A stretch of DNA of 64,000 nucleotides from the human T2T-CHM13v2.0 reference genome, Homo sapiens: NCBI RefSeq assembly GCF_009914755.1, contig NC_060946.1, one strand, 5' to 3'. Position numbers and translations under genes: made by a program. The notes under the pieces are model-generated. The model made no database searches. It saw only the letters and a program-made list of their open reading frames with translations, and had not been told where the DNA came from. Numbering within the stretch: the stretch's first letter is position 1; every line of letters starts with the position of its first letter. Positions 27,652 through 44,127 of the stretch are shown here, piece by piece.

Positions 27652-28763
27652 TTAAAGTCAATGAAAGAAGCCTTAAGAAAGATCAATTTCCTTTGCTTCA
27701 CAATAATTCAAACAAATTATTTTCTTGGTAAGGAGTAAGTCCTCAATGCCTGATGAAACTACATTGGCCTTCTAGTTGTTAGATTCTAGTTAAGAATATT
27801 TTAAGTACATACACTTAACAACTAAAAATATTTAAAACTACTTCAGATAGTAGTTTACAGAGTGGCCAAAAATCTCCACATATTTATTTTACATTCATGT
27901 GCTTCTTATCTCTAAACCACTGTCATTTTCCCACCTTGTAGCTAAAAAAGATCACATAAAATAAACACAAACAATGCAACAAAGGAACAGAAATCCATCG
28001 TGAGAAAAATTATAAGCATAAATAGTTTACTGGTTGCAGTCTGAATAGACTTCACTTTAAAAAATACTTACCAAGTGCTGGAGAAAGTTCTGTATAGGCA
28101 TATTAATCATTTTTGTTTTAACTGAAAACTGGAAGCTTAGAGTATAATTACCCCTTTAATAGTTAACAAATAATTGTTATAGTCAGGATTAAACACTTTT
28201 AGTGTTGATACATTCTACAAAGGAAGGGAATAATAATAAGTAGCATTAGAACAGCACATACATTTTTAAGTGTACAGATGGGGACAGGAGGTATATAAAC
28301 TCTGTTATCAATTCCCAAAGTATGGTGAATTTGGAGTATGAAATTGGAGAGGTAAATATTAGCTCATTTATTGGCTTTATTTAGCTTTCCCTCAAATTAC
28401 ATGTTTAAGAGATTTAACCATAGCCAAAAGCTATTTTCAAAGTTCAGCAGAGATGACCAAATGAAAATTAACTAAAAAATTGCTCTAACCTAACAAATGA
28501 AAGTAGCAACAGCAAGGTAAATATTTATAGGCTTGGCTATGGCTGATGGTTTCAGTAGGATGTATTTCATTTAATAAGCAGTGAGAAAACTCTCAAGTAA
28601 CATGTGCAAATATTCAGTTCATCAAATACTTTTTTTTTTTTTCACAACACCACTGTAAGTCTTTGCCATTCCCTTGTTCTTAAAAACATTGCTGTTTCTT
28701 TTAATGCATGGAAATTCTAAATCATACAGATTGGGAATTTAAAATAGTAAATAGGGGAAATAA

Positions 28764-29078
<315 letters not shown>

Positions 29079-29772
29079 TAATTAAAAATTTCAGTTCTTA
29101 TATAGAACACATTTAGAGGAAAATACACACGTAAAAGTACACACTTACTACTTTCATTCTTATGCAAAAAAAACTAACTCACTGTATTTGTGATTTAGGT
29201 GACTCTACATCCTGAGGATTGCCTATGTGGGTAGAACTTAAGGAAATCAGTTCATACTGAATTCCTCAGTTATTGCTCACTCTGTTTAAGTCTTGTCACA
29301 ATTTTCAAAAGAGACTGCAAGTTAACTGAATAATCAAAACATTAAATTTGTTCTAAGTATGCTGTTTTGAAGTTGGATTTTGGTTGAATTGTTCTGATAG
29401 AATTCAGAATAGAATTCTCATAGAATTTCACTTTATTTAGTCTTTGCACTTTTCCTTTAAACGGAGAAAGCTGAGGCCGAATTTAAGGCTCATAAAGCAC
29501 TGTCATCTCCTACATCCTGTGTTCTTTACGTCCCACTCTTCCCTCAACCTTCTCTGCTTCTTACTTCATCACCCTTCCACCCCCATATAAGTATCAGAAT
29601 AAAGTTTGGCCATGTGGTAGCTTATTTTTAGAGATAATCTAAACCAAGGTGGATAATTAGGATACTTTTATGCAGGCTTGAAAACAGCTTATGTTTTCTG
29701 AATACTTGCTATTTAAAATAACATAAAACTCAAAAAGAAATCAAGCACACTTGACACTGAAATGGAGCTTAC

Positions 29773-29826
29773 CTTAGAGCCACGTTCATTAAAGATTATT
29801 TCTACATCTAGGATTTTGCCAAACTG
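29773..29826 (-). CDS. RBFOX2: RBFOX2 coding exon (54 nt), QFGKILDVEIIFNERGSK
   Basis: RRM peptide; acceptor ctgcag|CAG, donor AAG|gtaagc. Confidence 0.97.
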
Positions 29827-30404
29827 CTGCAGAGATAAAAATAAAAACGTTTACTTATGGTCAGGTTTTTATCCACATATTTTGTTATCTTCTGAAATGG
29901 GAATAGTTTATTTTTCTTCTTCAGTAAACTACTTATTTAACTTCTATGTTTGTATTTGTTAGTAAGTTCCAATACCAGTTTCTGATTTTTCCTCGTCACT
30001 GAGCTGACAGTTTATCCACCTGTGTGTGTGGAAGCTGTTGTCCAAAGTTATTCACAGTGTTAGCCCATTAGATACTTCATGTGGACAAGAACCTGGAATT
30101 TTCCTAACTACATCTCTTAGTTTTTAGAACAGTCTCAGATTTAAAAAGCAAATCCTAGTAAGTAGAATAATATACTATAGAAGGCTGTTACCCTCCTTTT
30201 TTTTACACAAGCAAAGTATATTCACTATATAAAAAGCAGAAAATATAAACAAAAGGAAAAGGGAAAACAGAAAATAAAGATAATCTGCAATCCTATCATC
30301 GTAATGCTTTAGTACACAGCATTCCAGGCTTTCCCTCAGGCATGTAGAGATAAGTAACTATAGACATCAGATGCATTCTATAATTTGCTTTAAAAAAAAA
30401 AAAA

Positions 30405-30648
30405 GATGGAGTCTTGAACTGTCACCCAGGCTGGAGTCCAGTGGCACGATCTTGGCTCTCTGTAACCTCTGCCTCCTGGATTCAAGCTATTCTCCTGCCT
30501 CAGCCTCTTGAGTAGCTGTGATTACAGGTGCCTGCCACCACGTCCAGCTAATTTTTGTATTTTTAGTAGAGAGGGGGTTTCACCGTGTTGGCCAGGCTGG
30601 TCTCGAACTCCTGACTTCATGTGATCTGCCTGCCTCAGCCTGCCAAAG
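30405..30648 (-). mobile_element. Alu, truncated
   Basis: Reverse Alu lacking its 5' end and poly-A tail. Confidence 0.9.
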
Positions 30649-32399
30649 CATATATTGCTTTTATTTTTTAACTTAGCAATAGATTGTGAACAACTATCCG
30701 AATCAATATATAACTGTGTTACCACTTCTATAGGCTACATGCTATTCACCACTTTAATATTTCTACAATAACATCAAGAATATTTTAAATAACCACTCTC
30801 TTTGGTAATTCTTTAAACATTTTAACATTCAGAAAAGCAAACAAAAACTAAAGACACGAAGCCTAAACTCTACTGTTAGGTAGCTAAATAGCTGACTAGA
30901 GGGTTACACAAAACACAATGATTATTTAGGGGGAAAGTATATATAAAAAGAGACAAAACTGTTTTAATCAATGCTTGGATGAAATGAATTGAAGGTATAT
31001 GCAGAAAATTTCCAGATATCTTTTTGGCTTATATTTCCCTCTGAGTATTGGAGTCATACCTGATTATCTACTTCACTTGGGTTTCAAACCAGACTTTGGG
31101 AAATGTGAAAAAAAACTGAAAAATGGAAAGAGCAAAACAGAAATCATGCTGTTCCATTGGACTGAATCACCTACTATCTTTATCAAAAAACTTGTATTAA
31201 TAACCCAAGTTTTCTACAGTAAGACATCTTGGTTTGGTTTAATAGAAGAATCACGGAAAAAGGAAAATGTTTTATTTTAGATGGGAGGGCATTTATGCTT
31301 ATCCTATAAAACTAAGATTTGTATGGTGCTTTGGAGTTTGTTTTGTTTTATATTTTCTAATGCATTCTTATAATATCCTTCTGGAGTAAGGATCACACTC
31401 CTTTTATGGTTAAGACGAATGAGGCTAAAAGAAGCTATTTGTCAAGTTTATGAAGCTAATGAAATGGAGCATGGATGCCTGCTCTTTACCAACGTTACTG
31501 TTCTTCTAAGTAACAGAGAGTCACAATGTGGAAGAAAATAAAGCAACTAGGTATCTCTGGTAAGGAAAAAATTATTTCTTTTGCACTTTATGCCTTATGA
31601 GAAGGGCATAATACATTTCAAGAAGTCACTAACTGGCCTAGGCAGATCTGCAATGGACACTATTTCTCTGACTCAAGAGAAAACACACTTCTGGCAGATG
31701 AGAATGTACTCCATTCTCACAGACCTCCAGAGACTAAGATTTTATATAAGCTCTAATAATTCAGTAGAGAACCTAATAACTCATGCTCCCGAGAAGTTTC
31801 TTCTGCGTAACCCAAGTCCTTTATGCTGCCCTTTATTTTCTGTTGCTCTCTTCTCAGAAAAAATGGAAAATATCTGGTTACCATTTTCTGTGTAAAAGCT
31901 CTTCAAATACTTCAAGAACATCATTAAATCTCAACTCTGGCCTTCTCTTTAGTGCGGAAAATACATCCAAGTAGTCAGCTATAAATGACAGAATTTTGCC
32001 CCAGTGTCTTGTCACCGTGAAGTGGCCACAACCAAGACTTAAAGAAGAGCATCTGCTTTTCTAATAAAGTACCAGGCAGCTATCCTAGTGGAATTTAAAA
32101 AAGAAAACAAACAAACAAAAAAAAAAAACAAAAAAACTATTGATTATCTCTGGGTTAAGAGTTTGGTCAAATTCAAAAAGCAATAACAAGCAGGCTCAGA
32201 AAAAATTAAGATCCTTAGCAGCCATTCACTAACTTCCCAACAACTCAAATCTTTGCAATTTAACTTTTTTTCATGATGGTGATTCAGGAGGAAATAAACA
32301 GTTGAAAGAATACATCAGAGGTAGCAAACCAATCCTCTACAATGATTTTAGATATTGGTCTTGACACTGTGCAGTATGAGCAACAACGTATTATAAAAA

Positions 32400-32590
32400 C
32401 AAAACACTGAGGTACTGTTTTCACAAATGTTATTTCATTTAATTTATAACACTCTGAAAGGTAGACATTACTGTCTCTATGTTTATAAATATGATATTTA
32501 AATTCAAAAAGGTTACATGAATTCCAAAGTTCACATGCGAATAGAATTTGAACCCAGGCTCTTTGACTCCAAAATCTATACTCTTTCCAC
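32400..32590. mobile_element. MIR
   Basis: aggatttgaacccagg-like core and tgactccaaa. Confidence 0.65.
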
Positions 32591-32797
32591 TTCAATAAGC
32601 CACCTCTAAACCTGTATTCTCTACATTGTGAATCTTTTTAGACATTACAAAGCTAAGTAGAGAGTGGCAATAACGCATCCCTGAACCTAGTTTCTTTGGT
32701 CTTGGAGTTGAGGGAGATAAGAGGAGAGGAAGGCAGTATTGAGCTGGACTTATATGGAAGGTAAAGAAAAAACAAAGAAGGCGACAGGATGAATAAG

Positions 32798-32978
32798 CAA
32801 TGGTTCCCAAACTTATGTGCACATTAGTATCAGCTGGGGATTTTGTAAACATACCAAAGCCCAAGCCACACTCCAGGCCAATTAAATCACAACCCTAGAA
32901 TGTCAGGCATAGGCATCAATATTTTTTAAGCTTCCCAGGTAATTTCCAGTGTGCAAACAAGTTTAGGAATCATTGCTC
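32798..32978. mobile_element. MER5-like DNA transposon
   Basis: caatggttcccaaactt ... aagtttaggaatcattg terminal inverted repeats. Confidence 0.7.
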
Positions 32979-33347
32979 TAAAAGAATGTGCATGTTTGTT
33001 CTTGCAGATGAAACTAAGCATATTATTGGTATGTTTACTGAGTTTGGTAGGTGAGTAGGGTGACCATCCTGGTTTCAGCACTGAAAGTCTCACATCACAA
33101 GAAACCCCTCAGTCACAGCAAGCTGGGTCATATCGCCACCTTATGTGTGCAGCCACCTGCAAGACTATGTCTAGAGCAGACTGGATGACAGAAAAAGGCT
33201 TCTAAAGACTGATGAAAAGACTGATTTACCTCAGGTTCTTTCAATCTATTTGTAGTTTAATCCTAAAGTAATAATGACTAATAACACATCTGGGGGATTA
33301 AAATCTACTTTAATTGTAAAATCCATAAAAAGACTTCAGAGACTTAC

Positions 33348-33494
33348 CCCAAACATCTGCCGGAGGTCAGGGTCCCGGAAGCGGAAAGGAATATTAGAGA
33401 CATGCAGCCGTTTCGGGGTAGATTTACTCTCTGAATTTTCACTACTTTGTGTCTGTGACTGCTGGCCGTCTGTCTGTGCTCCACCTTCTGTCTG
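33348..33494 (-). CDS. RBFOX2: RBFOX2 coding exon (147/144 nt), (Q)[11 protein letters not shown]...[26 protein letters not shown] start with RNP2
   Basis: RBFOX RRM sequence [15 protein letters not shown]; acceptor ttag|cag|ACA, donor GGG|gtaagt. Confidence 0.97.
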
Positions 33495-33896
33495 CTAAGC
33501 AAAGAAATAAAGAATGAAAAATATACACAATTACTTTAAAATAATTAAAGTTATCCCCCCACAGCAATCATCCCCAAACAGGGTATGTTTAAGCAAAAAT
33601 CACAGTAGTCCCTTCAAAGACAAAAGCAACAACAACAGCAGCAACAACAAAACACAAAGATGCTATTAATGTTCTAAATGCTACCGTCTACAAACAAAAT
33701 GTTGGTGTTTTGAGTATTTATAGTATGCTAACAAAATGGGAGCTAACGAACACGGAAGTACTAAGTGACTTGCCCAAGATCACATGGAGATACATTAGGA
33801 TCTGAAGATACAAAAATAGTTCCTTCATTCTTAGACTCTTAGAACTTTCTATTTTTAAGATATTTCTATTTTGAAAATAGAGTCTGTTGTACTTAG

Positions 33897-34368
<472 letters not shown>

Positions 34369-34609
34369 AAGAAGCTTCTTACTCTGAAACAAATCTGTAC
34401 TCTCCTCCCTAACTTATGCAATTCCAGCTAACTTTAGTACAGGGGAACCCAACCTTCTGCAGCCCAGAGCAAACTGCATTGAGAGAATCTAACTGTTGGA
34501 AAAGGCTTTAGAGACCCTGACTCATCTGCTAATTAGCATAAAAATGCAAGATTTGCACATACCCACAGTTAAAGAGTATAAATGAGTGTGGGTATGCATT
34601 TATTTATTT

Positions 34610-36721
34610 ATTTATTTTTTAATTTTTTACTTTTTGCACTCATTTTAATGGGTTGTGCATGGTAACCCAATACGCTCACACATGCACACAAGAATCACAT
34701 GCAGAAATCAAAGTTTCAAGACAGGACAGCTACTGTATGTGCCTGCACTCTGTTATTTTCTAGTTTGTTTTCCTTTTTCTTAACTACCATAACCCGGTAA
34801 ATTGAATTTACAACCCACTAAGAGGTCACAGCCTGAGGACCGGAAAACAGTGAACTAAACAACCTCTTTGAGCACTCTGGTGCTTCCAGAAAACCACGTT
34901 TTTGCTGCAGCATCCTCAGCACCATTCCACAAGGAGGGAGGCAACTCATCCCATGTTCCCATGTTACACAGGAGGAGACAGAACAGGGAGCTCTCCGTGG
35001 GCCACCCCATTAAGCCAGTCGGAGCACCTGGACTCAGATCTCCCAAACTTCATCTGATTTCCACTCAATCACGCTGCCTTTCCACGTGGCTTTTAAAATC
35101 ATTGCTAAGCCTTGTTTCCATGATGCCACACTCAAGTTTTAAGTGAAAATATATTACAAAATAAAAACTTTTTTTTGAAACTATACTGCTGCAGAAAAAG
35201 CACACGCCAAGAGTCTGCATTTTGGGTGTGGTGGGTGGGAAAAACCTACAACATGAGGTCTACAGGGTAGCTGCTTTTCAAAAGCGAGTTTGGGGGGGCA
35301 CAGCGTGGAGGGGGTGACCACTAGAATGGTCATTGAACAGTCATTTGCTGTTCTCCAATCAGGAAACTCCAGCAGCTGCAGAGAACATCCGGAATCAGAA
35401 GTGAACACCTGAATAATGACCTTCCGGGCCATAAAGATGGTCTTCTGATGAGAAAGCCAGGGCCCCCAGACACCACGTGTCCTGCATGGAATCACTGATT
35501 GGCCAATAGCAGGGCCCACAAGGAAGCCTGGAACTTTCAAGGACGGCCCCACACTACTCTAAAAATGTTTCCACCACCAATACCCGCTTGAATGGGCCCA
35601 TGCCTGTAAGGAAGGCACTATCAACTCACACCAATTCCAAAGGAAGAAATCCAGGCTCAGGGGCTTCCCAGTGAAGACAGGCACACCCCCCTGAAAACCA
35701 CACCCTAGACTACAATGCATGGTCCTCTGCTGGACAGACCCCGTGGCCCGTCCTCAGGATGCCAGAACAGGCTGCTCAGTGACATGCGCTGAAGCGGGCA
35801 GGGACGGGCACTGGGAGATCCTGCCTGTGCAGAAAAAGTCCTCCCAGGAAGCAAACCACATTTCCAATCTGGTGAATCACGCTCAGTAAAATAAAATCCA
35901 GGCCAATCAGCTATGCCTTCAACTCAAAAGAATCTGAAGAGTACATAAGTTAGTTACACATTGTCACCAAAGCAGTTAGGGAGAGCTTCTGATATGCTGA
36001 AAACCAAGGGAAAGGGGATGGAGATGAACAAAAATGATCTCATTAGGCCAGAGGCAGGCGAAGTCACACCACTTCTGGAAAAGTGTAACAATAAGGCAAG
36101 AACTCAGGTTCCCACGGAGAGGCACATGGGCTGAGGGTGACTGGGTGCCTGCAGGCAAATTCCTTAACCTCCCTGCCCTCCTGGCACCTCATGCCCGACA
36201 TAGCCTCTGGTATTGGGAGTGGTGCGGTATCAGACAGCTGCTCTCCTTCAGGCCAGCCTTTGCTGTCCACGCAGGGAGGCAGGCAGGCAGTCAGGCAGTC
36301 ATTCAGGTAGAAGACTTTCTAAGGCTTCCACTGCCCAAGGGCTGCATGGGCATCCTTCAATGAAGACAGATGCTTGGTGGTCACTATCCCCATTCTTCTT
36401 CAATCTCATCCTCCTTGTGGTTTTAGAAGCCGCGGACCAAGTCCTGCAGGTTCTTGTCGAACATGCAGTCGATGATGCCCTTCACCATCTTGAGGGCCAT
36501 GGTGGTGGCCCATGGGCTTTTGCCCCGGGAGGCCCGCAGCTGGTTGCCGTGAGAGGGCCCGGGGGCCGCGACCACCGCCGGCAGATTGCTGCGTTGCCGG
36601 CCGCTGCGGTGGGGCAGGCTCCTAGGCCAGGGCGGTGGCAGGGTTTGAGGACCGTGACAGAGGTGGCGACCCACTCCACAGAGGGCGCGATCCCACTCCA
36701 GGCCTCTTGCAAAGGGTGGAC
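34610..36721 (-). pseudogene. AP3D1: Processed retrocopy beginning with AP3D1 5'UTR and first coding segment (ATG at 36500)
   Basis: MALKMVKGIIDCMFDKNLQDLVRGF*NHKEDE versus AP3D1 MALKMVKGSIDRMFDKNLQDLVRGIRNHKEDE; in-frame stop; GC-rich leader; ATTAAA at 34644-34649; degenerate poly(A); 16-bp direct repeats at both ends. Confidence 0.88.
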
Positions 36722-36737
36722 ATGCATTTATTTATTT

Positions 36738-36910
36738 TTATTTTATTATTATTTTTTTCAATTGAGACAGTGTCTCACTCTGTCCCCCAGGCTGAAGTAT
36801 AATAGCGAGATCAAAACTCACTGCAGCCTCAACCTCCTGGGTTCAAGTGATCCTCCCACCTCAGCCTCCCGAATGGCTGGCACTACAGGTACGCACCATC
36901 ACACCCGGCT
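36738..36910 (-). mobile_element. Alu right monomer (FRAM or truncated AluJ)
   Basis: Single old Alu arm with T-rich tail adjoining the retrocopy. Confidence 0.85.
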
Positions 36911-38429
36911 GAATATGCATTTTTAATCATGAATCTCTTTTGCAACATCCCAGCATGCATTTATCTAATTATTTTTTTCACTAAATCCTCAAAAAAGTTA
37001 TGTTGAGAAAATTTTTGATAAGTATCTAACAGGTGTGACACATTCTAGGCATGCAATTTTGAAGTATTCATCTGGCAATCGAAGAGCCTTGTGTTTTTAC
37101 TATTCCCTATGAAGTGCATGCCAAACCCGATGGCTTGCTGAGCTGATTAAACCAACATACTTTTAAAACAGGAGTGGAACTTGCTGTTCTTATTCTCTCA
37201 AATGAGATAGAAGTGAGTCCCCAACAGATTCTTCTAGGTGACAGGATGCATCCCCTCCCTTTGACTTTCAGGCTAAAAGAAGCTGTGAATCAGAGATACT
37301 TCTGGCTCAGAGATGTTGGCAACCATCTTGAAATGAAGTTTGAAACTTTAAAATATAAAGGATAATCAGGAATAAACTCCAAATGAATAACAGCTTTTCA
37401 AGTGTCAATTTAAGTGATGGCAGCTTTTTATCTCATTCCATTCAGGCCTTGCAGATGGCTTAAATGTGCAATGATTCATGTGATATAAAAATAGCAGAAA
37501 AGGGAAGAGCTATGAAGCAATGTTCTGTGAAAGTGTACGGTTTTCAATTATCAGTCTTGGCACAATGCAGACTAAGTAACACAAATCCCATTTAAAGATG
37601 AAACTCACTAAGTTACTAAAACAGCATCAAGCAAACCAACACGCAGTCAAAGCAACAAGCATCAATTACAACTAATGCTCATTCAAGCACCTTCAAACTT
37701 GCCTCTTAACATCTCACAGTTGGATCACATGAAACTTTATCTTCAATCAAACTTTAAAACCACCAGATCTGGTCTGCAAGATGACAATGTATCACTCTGA
37801 GGAAAGTTAAAAAGACTGATTCCACAAACTCCAAATTACACTTTTACATATAACTTTATATGTAGCCCATGTAATCTGTCACAGTGTATGTGAAGTGGCA
37901 GGATAAATGAAAACTAATGATTACTTCAAAGTATGTTGCCCAAGGTGCTTATCTGTAGCTCTTCATAGTTCTTTGCTTCTCTGAAGACACAATTTAAGAT
38001 CAGAAGCAAGACTGGTTAATTTTGCAGCTTGTAGTGAACACCCGTCCCCCTTGTTTTTAAGTATGAAATCTTTAATTCTAAGTCGATCTGCCATGTAGAA
38101 AAAAGTGACCTATCATTTCCTAAATTCTCAAGACTTCTGATCTAATGCAATTTTTAAATTGAAGTTTAACATACATAGATAAAAATACATAAATTATAAG
38201 CATAGAGCTGAATATTCACAATGAAACGTACACCCATGTAACCACCAAATTAGATCAAGAAACAAGATACCAGAAGCACCCTGGGGGGCCCCCACCAGTC
38301 ACGGTTCCCCTGGCAAAGGGTCACGAGGATCCTGACTTCTAACTCTAGGCCTCCCAAAGTGCTGGGATTACAGGCGTGAGCCACAGCGCCTGGCCTGGAG
38401 TGCATGTTCTTAGCCATTATATTGTACTT

Positions 38430-38600
38430 TACATATATTATTTTCTTTAACCCTCACAATAACTCTGTGAAACAGGTACTACCATTATCTCCAACTGACA
38501 GAGGAAGATGCTAAGTGCAGAGATGTTCAGTTAGTTGTCCAAGGTCACACAGTAAGCAGCAGACTAGGAATTCAAAACTAGGCAGCCCAATTTCATATGT
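38430..38600. mobile_element. MIR
   Basis: ttaaccctcacaataactctgtga...tccaaggtcacacagt. Confidence 0.75.
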
Positions 38601-38789
38601 GAAATCACTTCCTTTCTAGCACTGTACCCATCCTCTCTTCTTCTCATTAGAAACGAGAACCCATACGAACCCCACCCCTCTCTTACCTTCTTAGGACTCT
38701 CATCTCATGCAGCAAGAGTCTCCGGGAGTGGAGACAGGCATGGGTAAGAGACACGGAAGGCTACACTAGAGGTGACATGGGTTCTATAC

Positions 38790-39085
<296 letters not shown>

Positions 39086-40249
39086 AGGTTCTATACCTTG
39101 AGGAAAGAGAAATAGGTCAGGCTATGCAGAGAAAGGGAAAGGAAAGGGAGAGAAAAGAAAACCAGCAAAGGGATGCTGACATTTAATTAGGAAAAAAGCC
39201 AAAGAACTACTAAACTGATACAGGGACTTAAAAGTGGTTTTCTGTACAGAGTAGAAATAGGAATAGAAAATATTGGTCATACTATATTAACGTACTTAAA
39301 TGAGATCTTATCTCACAACTGGGACATTCTCACTTTAAATTTATCCCAATACAGACTACTAATTGCTGAAATATATAAATCAGAGAGAAAAAGGGAAATA
39401 AAAGTTTTTAAGTCTTATCTTTGTGAAAAGTGGACAGTTAAAATTGATCTAAGAAAAATCTCAGTCTACAACAGCACTGGTCTGCATTATTTTCTCTTGC
39501 TAGCTGCTGAGCACCTTTACTGACCATATAAACAACTTTCCAAGGTTGTGGTTTTCCCTTTTGTGGTCATTATCCGACCTAACGTATCCACTGGGCAAGG
39601 CATAAAACAGAAGAGGCTGGATGGAGTCCGTTCACCGACAGTTTAGAGTGAGGACTAGCGGCAGTGCTGGCCTGATGCAATCATATGGCTAAAACCTATA
39701 CATCTACCCTTCAAACAACTCATCTTCCCTGGTGCAGCTGAGCTAGCCATCAACACTGCACAGGAGGTCGGCACCAATTACACTTAATAGCAAACTAGAA
39801 TTTTAAGTCTCAGAATCTCATCCTAGAAATGAGGACTACAAATGTTTTCTTTTTTTGATGACTTCAAATTTTTAAAATACTTCTAACTAGGAAATTGATT
39901 GATTTTTCTGACTCTTCTATGATACAATGGAAATATTTTAACTATACATTGTCAACAAATGTTCTGTCATAATCTAAAGGGAATTCTGAGTGACACAAGA
40001 TTAAGTATAACTTTCCAAGTCTATCAGATTAAGATTAAACACATACGACTCTGATATAGATACTAAGGAATCTCTTAATGAATTCAGAAATATTTTGATT
40101 TATGGATTATCCACTTTCTTCAATATTTATTTTTCCTCTTCCCCCCCGTCCCCCAATAGAAGTCTTCATTTCTTATTTTCATCTCTTTGAGGCTAACAGA
40201 GAAAAAAAGCAAAATAGGAAATTCAGTTTAGCACAGTAAATTTTTTGAG

Positions 40250-41700
<1,451 letters not shown>

Positions 41701-42486
41701 ATTCCTTCATTCTAAGTTGTTAGGTAAGCAATTTGTTCTTTAAGTCTTCTTGAGCAAGTCAGGTTCTTCAAAAAAGTCTTCCAATCTTCTAACTGATGTC
41801 ACCAGTTTCTGAACTTTTGAAATTTTTGTGGTGTAAGTAAAATTAATCTCATGTATTCAAAACTGGATCTAATAGTAACTATTTAATAAAATCTTATAGT
41901 ACTGTGTGTACATGTTTTAATCAAGGCAGCAAAATAGGGCAACATAGCCTATGCTTGTTTTGAGCTGACATGTATATTCTAGGAAACATTGCTTGCTTTC
42001 AAAATAACTTTTATATTTCAAGTGAAGAAGGGCCTACGTTATAGTCATTCTCCAATGCAAACACAAAAGGTTAAGGGAGAATAAGCAGATGAAGTAGGAA
42101 ATGAGATGTGGTTATCATCTAATGGCAAGTCCATAAATACAAAATTTTTTCCTTTTTCTGTTCTTTAGAGCCTAGAAGTACCTCAGATATAAGGTGAGGA
42201 TTATTAAAATATTTGTGATAAGGAGACATGGCAACTAACTACAGTATGGGATTCAGAATAGAGAAAAAGACATTACTGGAAAAAATGAAATTTAAAATAA
42301 GGCCTATATTTTACCTAATAGCACTATATCAGTATTCAGTATTTCTTATTGCCTAGTTTCAAACATTCTACTATAGCTATGTAAGATGCTAACATTAGGG
42401 GAACTGGGTGAAGGGTATGCAGAAATCTTCTGCATATTTTTGCAAATTTACTGTGAATCTAAAATAATTTCATAATTAAAAGTTTT

Positions 42487-43150
<664 letters not shown>

Positions 43151-43784
43151 GAAAATATTTTAGGATGTCAGGTTCTAAACCCTTAAATATTAAAACACTA
43201 AAAATGTTTAACTGGTTTAATGATTATATACAGGCACGAGTGTAAACAAATATTTATGTTTTGTATTCAAAATGTGATTGGAACTCTTATGAAACTTAGA
43301 AAGAGACTGAAAGTACATTCATTTCAAATTATTGGTTTGATGAAGAAAAAAACCCACATTTAAATCTAACATTACTATTAATCCATTTCACAATTAGAAA
43401 CAGTTTAACTTGTAACTCTCATTATTTTACATACAAAAAACCAATCATATAAAGCTTCATCTCCTACTGCACTCTCTCTGAAGACATTACAGTTTTAAGA
43501 ACAAAAATATCAATCACTCCTGGTTGGGCTCCATTTATTTCGAATGGGAGGGGGTGGTGATCTTCAGATAAGGTATGTAAATGAATACTTTCCATAGACT
43601 CAAATAGGTAATTTTCACAGTATTATGAAGTCAACATTTAGTGTAAGGGACATAGTTCTGAAAAATGTGTCATTCAAGAATAAGCCTATCAAAGGTCAGT
43701 AGATATTTCTATTAACTGCTCAAAGTACATCTGCCATGTGAATTACCATGCAATTCAAATAGCTTTCAAATTAGGCAACTATTG

Positions 43785-44065
43785 CTGGGTGTGGAGGCTC
43801 ACACCTGTAATCCCAGCACTTTAGGAGGCTGAGGCAGGTGGATCACTTGAGGTTAGGAGTTTGAGACCAGCCTGGCCAACATGGTGAAACTCTGTCTCTA
43901 CTAAAAATACAAAAATTAGGTAGGCGTGGCAGTGGGCACCTGTAATCCCAGCTACTTGGGAAGCTTTGGCACGAGAATTGCTTGAACCGGGAGGTGGAGG
44001 TTGCAGTGAGCCGAGATTATGCCACTGCAGTCCAGCCTGGGTGACAGAATGAAACTCCGTCTCAA

Positions 44066-44102
<37 letters not shown>

Positions 44103-44127
44103 GAAAAGAAAAGAAAAAGAAAAAGAA
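43785..44127 (+). mobile_element. Alu with (GAAAA)n tail
   Basis: Alu consensus; TSD aaattaggcaactatt. Confidence 0.95.

Noticed and set aside
28066-28130. Strong donor-like TTG|gtaagt at 28072
   Set aside because: Several weak candidate acceptors and no clear exon definition from sequence alone
36213-36926. 237-aa plus-strand ORF
   Set aside because: Antisense to the GC-rich AP3D1 retrocopy and runs into an Alu; non-ATG start; no protein family signal
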